From Chloropicon primus (lineage: Eukaryota): 64,000 bases of DNA. Below, piece after piece: positions 55,764 through 64,000 of this stretch (the first letter of the stretch is position 1; each line of letters begins with the position of its first letter). Under the pieces are notes generated by a model that saw only the letters and a program-made list of their open reading frames with translations, ran no database searches and was not told where the DNA came from. Made by a program: the position numbers and the translations under genes. Where the stretch lies: NCBI GenBank assembly GCA_023205875.1, contig CP060760.1, positions 558,001-622,000 on the forward strand. The letters are read 5' to 3'.

Positions 55764-57812
55764 ATGGAGCTGCGCACGAGGAACGAGAAGGGCCAGGTTG
55801 GCCCGTCGTCGTCGTCGTCGTTCGGTGTGCTGGACCACGACAGCGGGAGCGAGGCCAGCGAGGGCTGCCACAGGGGGAGCAGGAAGAGGGAGAGGGAGAC
55901 GTCTCGGCAGCACCACCACCACTCCGGGAGCGGGATGAAGCGGGTGAGGTACAACCTGCGGACGCCCTTCGAGGCGGTTCACGCGTCGAAGCCGGCCGCG
56001 TCGGTGGTGCTTCACAGGCGGAACTCGTCCCTGGACTCCGACAGGTCCTACGTGGTGCTAGAGAAGGCGCCGACAACGACGACGGAGCTGGAGAGCAGGT
56101 GCAAGCGGGTCCTTCGCTCGAACTCCTCCGGCGCGGCGCAGAGGACGGTCTCGTCGAAGCCTGCGGGGAGGAGGGGGAGGCCGAGGCTGGCGGCCGCCGC
56201 CGCGGACAAGCCTCGGGTCGTGGTCACGGCCCAGGAGCTCCTGGAGCTCAGGCCGTTCGAGAACAGGGTCGTGGAGGTCAGGGACGGGGAGGGGATGATC
56301 CTGATGACCGGGGTGGTGCGGGCAGGCGGCCTGATCGAGTGCCAGGAGGGAAGGAAGAGGAAGCACATGAGGTACACGAACTTCGAGGAGCACGCCTTTT
56401 CCGGCCGAAAGGACAGGGAGACGTGCGCCTACTCGAGGGGGCAGATGATCTACTTCTCGAACGGGCAGACGCTGCGGGACTTCGTGCTCGCGATGAACTC
56501 CAGGTTCGTGGAGAACTTCGCCATCGAGGACCTCCACAGGTTCACGGGGGCGACCATGGCCCCCGGCGAGGCGGACAAGTCCTCCAGCGAGTACGGGGAC
56601 TCCACCAAGAGCACGCTGGCCAAGGCCACCATGAGGTTCTGCCACCTGAGCCCCTCCGTCCCGGGCTCCCAGTTCCGGGTCAAGGGCGGCGCGAAGAGCC
56701 ACAAGAAGGGGGGCTGCGGGGTCGCCGAGCCCCTCGCCTACTGCAGGGCGGCGAGGTGCAGCTTCTCCTGCGGCAGAAAGCAGCAGGAGGAGGGCGAGAG
56801 GCTGCTCACTTGCGACGCTTGCCCGCAGGGCTTCCACCCCAAGTGCATCACCGAGTTCGTGGGGGCGAAGACCTTGAGGAACGGCCAGGTGGTGAGGCAG
56901 AGCCACTTGGACTTCCTGTGCCCCAGCTGCAAGGCCCAAGAGAGGTTTGACCCCGACACGCAAGTCGGCAAGGAGCTGAGCAAGAGGTGCGAGGTACTCC
57001 TCGCGGAGCTCGATCGGATCACGGGCGGGTGCTGCCTGTGCCACATACCGGATTTCCACCGCGGGGAGACGTGCACGCCGAACACGGCCATCATGTGCGA
57101 CCAGTGCGAGAGGGAGTTCCACGTTGGCTGCCTGAAGAAGAAGAACATGTGCAGCCTCAAGGCGATTCCCAAGGGGGACTGGTTCTGCTCCCGCAAGTGC
57201 AAGGGCGTGAACCAGGCGTTGGCCAAGATCAGGCAGCTGGGTTGCCACAAGGTCAAGTCCGTCGGGGGCAAGGAGGGGAGGACAAACGTTTACACGTGCG
57301 AGGTCCTCTGCGGAGAGGGCAAGGGCGCGAGGACGAGGAACTCCTTGAGGGAGGCCTTGGCCATCCTGCAGGAGAGCTTCGACCCCTTGCCCCACGCCGT
57401 GACGGGTGCCGATCTGCTCCCCATCATGGCGAAGGCCCAGACTTGCGCGGACCACGACTACACCACGGTGCACACCATCCTCCTGAGGAGCAACGGCGAG
57501 GCGGTCTGCGCCTGCGTCATCAGAATTTGCGGCGAGTTCCTCGCTGAGCTTCCGTTCGTGGCCACGAAGAGCTCTTGCAGGAGCAGGGGGCACTGCAGGC
57601 AGATGTTCTCCGTGATTGAGAACCTGCTGTCTGACCTGAGGGTGCGCCGGTACTGCCTCCCAGCGGCGGCGGGCCAAGCCATGAACACGTGGATAAAGCA
57701 CTTTGGGTTCAGGCCCATGCTCGACTCGGACTTTAGGATGGCCAAGGCCGATTTCAGGATCCTTCAGTTTCCCGGCACCACCGTGCTCGTGAAAGAGGTT
57801 TCCGCTGGCTGA
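55764..57812 (+). CDS. PHD-finger plus GNAT acetyltransferase (IDM1/ROS4-like)
   Basis: FEEHA motif, two PHD fingers (CDACPQGFH, CDQCEREFHVGC, WFCS), AELPFVAT, LPAA, W..HFGF. Confidence 0.85.
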   Translation: MELRTRNEKGQVGPSSSSSFGVLDHDSGSEASEGCHRGSRKRERETSRQHHHHSGSGMKRVRYNLRTPFEAVHASKPAASVVLHRRNSSLDSDRSYVVLEKAPTTTTELESRCKRVLRSNSSGAAQRTVSSKPAGRRGRPRLAAAAADKPRVVVTAQELLELRPFENRVVEVRDGEGMILMTGVVRAGGLIECQEGRKRKHMRYTNFEEHAFSGRKDRETCAYSRGQMIYFSNGQTLRDFVLAMNSRFVENFAIEDLHRFTGATMAPGEADKSSSEYGDSTKSTLAKATMRFCHLSPSVPGSQFRVKGGAKSHKKGGCGVAEPLAYCRAARCSFSCGRKQQEEGERLLTCDACPQGFHPKCITEFVGAKTLRNGQVVRQSHLDFLCPSCKAQERFDPDTQVGKELSKRCEVLLAELDRITGGCCLCHIPDFHRGETCTPNTAIMCDQCEREFHVGCLKKKNMCSLKAIPKGDWFCSRKCKGVNQALAKIRQLGCHKVKSVGGKEGRTNVYTCEVLCGEGKGARTRNSLREALAILQESFDPLPHAVTGADLLPIMAKAQTCADHDYTTVHTILLRSNGEAVCACVIRICGEFLAELPFVATKSSCRSRGHCRQMFSVIENLLSDLRVRRYCLPAAAGQAMNTWIKHFGFRPMLDSDFRMAKADFRILQFPGTTVLVKEVSAG

Positions 57813-57918
57813 CGGAATGCGGCGAGAGCGGAGCGAGAAGAGGGAGGGAGGGTGTGCCTGGACTTTGTTTTCTGTTTTAGAGAAAAACGTTCTTTTCCGG
57901 AGAGTTTAACTTTGTGAT

Positions 57919-59076
57919 TTACATCCATCGCTTCTTGGTATTCAAGTGGAAGGTTTTCTTGTCGACTCTGCCCGGGTTGTACTTGCAAGGCCCCGGCGCG
58001 ACACCGAGCTGATATATGCCGCTCGAGGCACTCCGGTCCGTGGAGCTAATAAACGCGCTGTTCGCCCCCTTCGCGTGCACCATGTGGTCGCTGTGCGCGT
58101 ACTGCCCAGGCCCTGGCGAGATGCTCCTGCCAACCTTGGGCTGCACAGGCCTGCCAAAACGGTCTGTCGCCGTCTTCCCAAAGATGCTGCTGTACTTTCC
58201 GAATTTCATCTTTCCGCTCATGTCGATATCTTCAACCCCGATCTCGTACGTGCCCGGCCCCGGCCCCGGCCCCGACCTTTGGTTCACCTCGTTCACCGCC
58301 ACCTTCAGGACAGCCTTCTCGGGATCCTTGTTCATCTTGGTGGAGCCAACAACTTTTCCCTGCTGCCCCTTCTCTGGCGAGCTGTACCTCCCCGTGGAAG
58401 ACTTGAAGGTCGTGTACTTCCTCTCCTTCACGGTGAAGGAGTCTGGTAGAGTGTATTGCCCGACGCTCGCTCCTTCGGAGGACTTGGACCCGAACCGCTT
58501 GGTCGAGCTCTTGAAGGCCGAGATGGAGGACTTGGTCGCCAGCGAGCTCTGCGGGGAGAGGCCGTTGAGGTAGTCGTAAGCACCCGGGCCAGGGGTGAAC
58601 TTAGTCGCCTGCTTCTTGTGCGGCACGAGGTTCTCCACGGACTTGGAAAACGCCGCAGTGGTCGCAGACCGGTTGAAGTACTTGTCGTCCTTCATGTGGA
58701 TCCCCGAGCGCTGGTTGTACTCGCCGGGGCCTGGAATGTACCGCGAGGGGTGCCCGAGTTTCGTCCCGAACCGTGTGTCCTTGGACAGGAAGCCCGAGCA
58801 GTAACCTTTGCAGGACATCGAGCCCGCGTTGTTCACCAGGGTCGTCGGGTTATGGTAGTACCCTGGGCCAGGAAGGTCGTTGTTCCGCTTGTTGAACCGC
58901 GTCGTCCTGCTGTTGAACCCGTCCTTCTCCCTGTAAGGCAAAAGAATCGTCACGTAGGACGACGGTATCGAGGACTTGGGGTGAGCCCCCTCCACCCTTT
59001 CCCACGCATTCCCTCGCTTGAGGTTGCCCACGAACGTCCCGCCCTTGCGACTGCTCGGCGGCTTCGTGTTGGCCAT
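57919..59076 (-). CDS. SHIPPO/PGP-repeat protein (ODF3/STPG-like)
   Basis: Repeated PGPG.Y units with AF.S...RF motifs. Confidence 0.82.
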   Translation of the reverse strand: MANTKPPSSRKGGTFVGNLKRGNAWERVEGAHPKSSIPSSYVTILLPYREKDGFNSRTTRFNKRNNDLPGPGYYHNPTTLVNNAGSMSCKGYCSGFLSKDTRFGTKLGHPSRYIPGPGEYNQRSGIHMKDDKYFNRSATTAAFSKSVENLVPHKKQATKFTPGPGAYDYLNGLSPQSSLATKSSISAFKSSTKRFGSKSSEGASVGQYTLPDSFTVKERKYTTFKSSTGRYSSPEKGQQGKVVGSTKMNKDPEKAVLKVAVNEVNQRSGPGPGPGTYEIGVEDIDMSGKMKFGKYSSIFGKTATDRFGRPVQPKVGRSISPGPGQYAHSDHMVHAKGANSAFISSTDRSASSGIYQLGVAPGPCKYNPGRVDKKTFHLNTKKRWM

Positions 59077-60098
59077 CACCTCCAATGATCACCACGGCCT
59101 CAAACCAGTCGGTCAGACACGGACTCCCTCAAGCTTGAGGAGCAAAGTACTTGCTGTGCTGCTGCTGCTGTTGTGGCTTCGACTGGACTAGAACATAACT
59201 CGTTGAGGCAAAGCAAAACTTCGTGCGTTTGGTGGAAACAAGTGCTGGAACACAAGTGGCACCAAGTCAAAGCTTCCCTTGCCCTCGGCTCGGACAATTT
59301 CTCATGCAAAGGTCCGACCTTTGCGAAGCCTTCTGAATGGGGATGGGAGGGGAGGCTCCTTCGCTTCGCTCTTCCGTCCTCGCTTTGCGCGAAAGTCAAC
59401 CGTTGATCTTTGTCAAACGTCATCGTCGAACGGGGGAGGAAGGGATAAAAACCCCGTTCGAGGAAGGACGTTTGAGATTGAGTCTTTTGGTCGACGGAAC
59501 CCAACGATGGTCTCCGCTCTACACGGCGTTGTACCCCACGAAACGGAGCAAGAGGGGTACTCATCGAAGAAGGACAAGGTCTAGTTCTTATTTCTATCGC
59601 TCATGTTTGAGTTGAGTGCGTGCTTTGTCGTCAACCTTGTGTCAAAGTTGCCCAAGTCCTGCAAGTTTGGAGAATTCTGTAACTTCATGGAGTAAACCGT
59701 TCACGATTTGTTTCAGGTAAAGTAACGTCGTTTTCGGAGATCCCTCCACGAGAGGAAAGGGAGTCCAAGGGGAGTCCAAGGGGCGTCGTACAGGACGCGT
59801 GGTGACAGGTTGAGGACCTTGGAGCGGAGGCCAACGCTTTAGCGGAGGCATTGGGGACGGGTACCGAGGAGGGGATCATTGGAAAGGAGTTTCCGCGAAA
59901 GCGCGTCTCGAGGGCTTTCGATTGGTACCGAACTTGACCGGTTTCGTTGTCGGGTGGAGGAGACAGGCCCGAGGAGAAGAAGACTACGAGGACCGAAGCC
60001 GTTGTCCAGGATGGCAACGTGAGCTGCAGAAGCAGAGCAGCAGGAAGCGACAGAACGGACTTGACAAGGAAGAGAGTGAGTGAGCGAAGAACTTCGAG

Positions 60099-63000
60099 AT
60101 GAGGTGGACCAAGACGCGTCCAAAGATCGGACTGGTACACGCTGCAGCGTTGGTGCTGGTGGTGCTGGTGTCAGATGTCCTTGCGCAAAAGGACTGCACG
60201 GGAACGAACAGAGGATGGCTGACGAACGGCGCGGACAAGGGGGTGCACCCGACGGGTTTGTTCGGGCCCTTGGGGCTTCACGGCGAGCACATCATGGCAA
60301 GCGAGGTGAGCAGCACGACGGTGCAGATCCGCGTTTCGGAAGTGATGTACAACTCGACGACGGAGGGGTGGAAGTACAACATAGACGGCGGCATGACGCA
60401 GACCGGGAGCAGCAGCTACAACCCCTTCAAGGTCGGAGGCAACGGAGACCTTAAGCCGGTCTCTTACTACCCGGAGAGGCTTTACAAGGTCAATATCATC
60501 TGCACCAAGGTGTGTGCTTTCCTTGCGAGTTTCGAGAGGGGGACGAGGGTCGACTCCGTGAACGAGTCAGACGTGGACAAGAGAGCTGCGCTGCAGGTCG
60601 GCGTGAACACTGGCCACGTCGGCGTCACTGCCACGGGGGTCAAGGCCTACAGGGGCATCTCCAACTACACGTCCACGGTGAACGACATGCCGCTGGCCAC
60701 GACGTACGAGTTGTACTGGGAGGCCCCGAGCTTCAGCGAGATTAACTACGAGGGCCTCGACCTTCGGGTGAGTGTGGTGGAGGACAACACGGCGACCTGC
60801 GCGGGAAAGTTCTACCAGTACACCCTGCCTTCGCTGCTGACTTGTGGAGACGGAATCAAGGACGACCTCGAGGAGTGCGACGACAGGAACACTGTGAACG
60901 GCGACGGCTGCAGCAGCGACTGCAAGATAGAAGTGGGGTACACCTGCGAGACGAAGAAGGACGTTTTGCACGGCACAGGAGAGAGGGACACCTTCAACAG
61001 GGAGTACGTGAGGTCCTACTGCACCAAGGCGGAGATCTACGTGGACGTCCTCGGCGGCAATGGGGTCTACAACAAGACCACGCCGTTGGTGGTGACAGAG
61101 GGAGGCGAGGCGACCTTCACCGTGCTGCTCTCGACCACGGTGAAGCCGGGGAAGGAGGTGTTCGTTTCCCTCCTGGCGACGACTGAGGATGGCCAATCTG
61201 CGGCCGGACAGATCCAGATGTCCAAAAGCTCCTTGAGGTTCGACTCCACGACCGCGCAAGTCGCTCAACCCATCATTGTGACGGCGATCGGGAACAACTT
61301 CAGGGACGGGAACAGAAACATCAAGATCAAGTACACGGTGTCCTCGACGGATGAGAACTACGCCTTGGCCTCGCACCCGGACACGACTGTTGCCATCACG
61401 GACGACGACGTCGCGAGCTTGGCTTACACCACACCGGAGAACTTCATCGTCATGGAGGGCGGGGTCGGCGTGGATTTTGAGGTGAAGCTCACGGCTCAGC
61501 CCTACGGCACCGTTGTGGTCACCTTCAGCGGATTGCCAGACAGCCAGCTGATGCTGACCCCGAACCAACTGGCTTTTGGCGCGAGCGATTGGAACGTCCA
61601 GAAGAAGGTGTCCGTGGTCGCCATAGACAACAAAGTTGTCGAGGGAAAGACGGCCGTGAAGATCAGGCCAACGATAACGGCGCCAGGCGATGTTGCCTAC
61701 GAGGCCCTCAACAGCCAGGCCGCGGCTGGGGATTGGGACATACCAGTCCAGGTCGAGGACAACGACACTCCTGGCTTAGTGGTCACGCCCACCGCCATAT
61801 CCATCGTCGAAGGAGAAGCTCAGCACTACTACACCGTGGCCCTTCGCTCTCAGATGCAGTCGGGTGCAGAGGTGTCCGTAACCCCCACCGTCAACAACTG
61901 CCTGGCCCCTTGTGCATTCAGGGCCAGGGGCGGAGAGAACAGGACGCTGGAGACTCTCACGTTCTCGGAGCACAACTGGGACGTGGAGCAGAAGGTCTAC
62001 GTGACGTACGACGAGAATGACATGGTCGAGTGGCGGAGCTCAGACAAGCCCAAGCTCGCTGGAACAAAAGTCTTCACCATTGAGCATTCCACAGTGAGTT
62101 CCGACCCCTTGTACAACTCCTTGGCCACCCACTCGGCCATGTGGCCGTACAAGGTAACCGTCAACGTGACTGACAATGACATTCCTGGCGTGTCGCACCC
62201 AGAGGTCGTGACGCTGACGGAGGGCGGGACGGGGCAAGATGGACAAGGGCTCGCGGAGATCGATTTTCCGATGAAGCTGCTGTCACGGCCCACGGATAAG
62301 GTGGAAGTTCGGCTGAGCATCCAGGATCCGAGAGTGAGGATCTACGAGAAGTTTATGGTGGCCTCACCGGCGTACAATGTTTCGGCCCAGGGGGACGCAG
62401 CAACGATCACCTGGCAGCCCGAGGAGTGGGGCACGACTAGAATCGTTCGGCTCCGCGCAATGTTCGACGACAGCGCCCAGAAGCCAGACGTTCTGGTTGG
62501 CATGCACATCGTCTCAAGCAGTAACGACGTGCTGTACGACAAGGTGGTGGAGAAGGACATCGTGATCACGATCAAGGACAACGACGTGGCCAAGGTGATG
62601 CTCACCACCCCAAGCGGCGGGAGCGTGGCCAACCTGGAAGTGACGGAGGGCGGATCGATGACCGAGTTCGAGATGTACCTCAATGCCGTGCCAGACAATG
62701 ACGTGACGTTGAAGCTCACCCCGAGCGCTCAGCTCGAAGTGAGCCCGAGCACAGTGGTGTTCACCCCCCAGAACTGGAGCAACAAGGTCTCCGTCCAAGT
62801 GAAAGCGGTCGACGACGCGCTTGTGGAAAGCGTGAAGCACCAGGGGCTGGTCAGGTTTGAGTTGACTGGCGGAACGCCAAGTTACACGAACGTCAAGGTG
62901 CCCGACTTGAGCGTGACAGTGAATGAGAACGACTTCGTTACTGTCACAAGGTCGATTGGTACGTTCGGAGGCATCATCAGCCCGACCGAGCCCTCCGGTG

Positions 63001-63779
63001 CGGTGATCCTGAACGTCCCCGGCGGTGTGCTGAACTCGACCTTGAACATCAAGCTGGAGGAGAGCGAGAAGCCTTTGGGGGAGACTGTCCTTGGGTCCAA
63101 GGAGACCATTTCGGGCTCCCAGAACACGTACGAGAGGGTCAGCGGGACGTACTCGTTCCAACCCCATGGCCAGACCTTCAAGGCGCCTGTTTACATCACC
63201 ATCCAGTACAGCGAGCAGCTCTGGGTGAACGAGTTCACGAAGAGCCAGGTGCAAAACCGCCTCGTGTTCCTGAAGAAGGACTCCGACACCGATCCCGAGT
63301 GGAAGGTCGTTTCGGGGGGAAAGTTCTCGAACGGGGTCGCAACCCTCGCTACCACGAGCTTCAGCTTGTACAAGGTTGTCATCGAGAAGGACCCCGCCAA
63401 GCCTCCAGAGAGCATCGCCGCCGCGGAGGCACGGATGGCCGGGGGCTTGGCCGGGCAGGACGTCGCAAAGTGCATCAACGGCTTTGAGCTGGCTTCCACG
63501 GGCTCTGGTTCCACCTGCGGGTTCAAGTTCAACGACGAGATCACGACGCAGAACAACATCGAGGTGACCAAGGAAAAGGATGTGGACGAGTACAGGATCT
63601 CGGTACTCGTCATCATTCTGCTTTCGGCCGTGGGCCTGGAGGCTTTCATTATCCTGGGGCTCATCATATCGCTCAACGCGAAGAAAGCGGAGGGGGGAAG
63701 CACCGTGGGAAGCAACGCCATCGTCCCGGTGGACAACCCTGCCCACAACAACGCTCTCGTGAGCGCCAAAATCCCTTGA
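60099..63779 (+). CDS. Type I membrane surface protein: Reeler-like domain, Cys-rich CGDG repeat, Calx-beta/cadherin-like repeats, ZU5-like domain, TM
   Basis: Signal peptide; CGDG..EECDD.N..GDGCSSDC; repeated V.EGG...F...NW...DND; FQPHGQTFKAPV; C-terminal hydrophobic helix. Confidence 0.85.
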   Translation: MRWTKTRPKIGLVHAAALVLVVLVSDVLAQKDCTGTNRGWLTNGADKGVHPTGLFGPLGLHGEHIMASEVSSTTVQIRVSEVMYNSTTEGWKYNIDGGMTQTGSSSYNPFKVGGNGDLKPVSYYPERLYKVNIICTKVCAFLASFERGTRVDSVNESDVDKRAALQVGVNTGHVGVTATGVKAYRGISNYTSTVNDMPLATTYELYWEAPSFSEINYEGLDLRVSVVEDNTATCAGKFYQYTLPSLLTCGDGIKDDLEECDDRNTVNGDGCSSDCKIEVGYTCETKKDVLHGTGERDTFNREYVRSYCTKAEIYVDVLGGNGVYNKTTPLVVTEGGEATFTVLLSTTVKPGKEVFVSLLATTEDGQSAAGQIQMSKSSLRFDSTTAQVAQPIIVTAIGNNFRDGNRNIKIKYTVSSTDENYALASHPDTTVAITDDDVASLAYTTPENFIVMEGGVGVDFEVKLTAQPYGTVVVTFSGLPDSQLMLTPNQLAFGASDWNVQKKVSVVAIDNKVVEGKTAVKIRPTITAPGDVAYEALNSQAAAGDWDIPVQVEDNDTPGLVVTPTAISIVEGEAQHYYTVALRSQMQSGAEVSVTPTVNNCLAPCAFRARGGENRTLETLTFSEHNWDVEQKVYVTYDENDMVEWRSSDKPKLAGTKVFTIEHSTVSSDPLYNSLATHSAMWPYKVTVNVTDNDIPGVSHPEVVTLTEGGTGQDGQGLAEIDFPMKLLSRPTDKVEVRLSIQDPRVRIYEKFMVASPAYNVSAQGDAATITWQPEEWGTTRIVRLRAMFDDSAQKPDVLVGMHIVSSSNDVLYDKVVEKDIVITIKDNDVAKVMLTTPSGGSVANLEVTEGGSMTEFEMYLNAVPDNDVTLKLTPSAQLEVSPSTVVFTPQNWSNKVSVQVKAVDDALVESVKHQGLVRFELTGGTPSYTNVKVPDLSVTVNENDFVTVTRSIGTFGGIISPTEPSGAVILNVPGGVLNSTLNIKLEESEKPLGETVLGSKETISGSQNTYERVSGTYSFQPHGQTFKAPVYITIQYSEQLWVNEFTKSQVQNRLVFLKKDSDTDPEWKVVSGGKFSNGVATLATTSFSLYKVVIEKDPAKPPESIAAAEARMAGGLAGQDVAKCINGFELASTGSGSTCGFKFNDEITTQNNIEVTKEKDVDEYRISVLVIILLSAVGLEAFIILGLIISLNAKKAEGGSTVGSNAIVPVDNPAHNNALVSAKIP

Positions 63780-63874
63780 CTGGATTGTGTCTAATACTTT
63801 TTCCATCCTTTTGTACAACACTAGTATTTTTTCTAACGCTCAAGCTCTCTCTCTCCTTGTTGTCCTTCTGGAAT

Positions 63875-63909
63875 CCTAAAACCTAAAAACCTAAAAACCT
63901 AAAACCTAA
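63875..63909. repeat. Interstitial telomere-like repeat (CCTAAAA/CCTAAAAA, about 4.7 units)
   Basis: CCTAAAA CCTAAAAA CCTAAAAA CCTAAAA CCTAA read directly from the sequence. Confidence 0.7.
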
Positions 63910-64000
63910 CAAAAAGAACTTTTCAAGGAAGGGGAGGCGGGGAGGCGGGACCCAAAAAAACGCGCGTCTTGGCGGTCTTGGTATTTCAAAGGTGGGACCT

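Noticed and set aside
59100..60090. ORFs between the SHIPPO gene and the surface-protein gene
   Set aside because: No motifs; the region looks like a divergent promoter/UTR

Overview
Compact, GC-rich eukaryotic nuclear DNA with short GT-AG introns and plastid-targeted genes. It looks like a picoplanktonic green alga, Chloropicon-like; this assignment is inferred from gene content and style. About 35 protein genes can be supported, mostly housekeeping: TFIIB, TFIIF-beta, POLD2, RRP9, NSE1, TRM5, TOP6B, MoaC, OASTL, KEA, COQ8, ERG4-like and IDM1-like. The standout is a Fanzor2/IS607-type TnpB RNA-guided nuclease locus (43978-45941). It is split by a single frameshift, has a basic NLS-like N-terminus, and is followed directly by a G.U-rich structured non-coding segment that fits an omega RNA (about 45942-46083) and then by an orphan ankyrin-repeat fragment. 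A second unexplained signal is a pair of conserved intergenic motif families upstream of many genes, often duplicated 175-186 bp apart. Also present: a 3-exon CxxC/CxxC microprotein that the ORF track shows only unspliced, an NSE1 without its RING domain, a four-CNB PKG-like kinase with PKA-type pockets, a CotH kinase, a flagellar SHIPPO-repeat gene, a large mosaic surface protein and interstitial telomere-like repeats. All family calls come from recalled motifs; no database searches were run.
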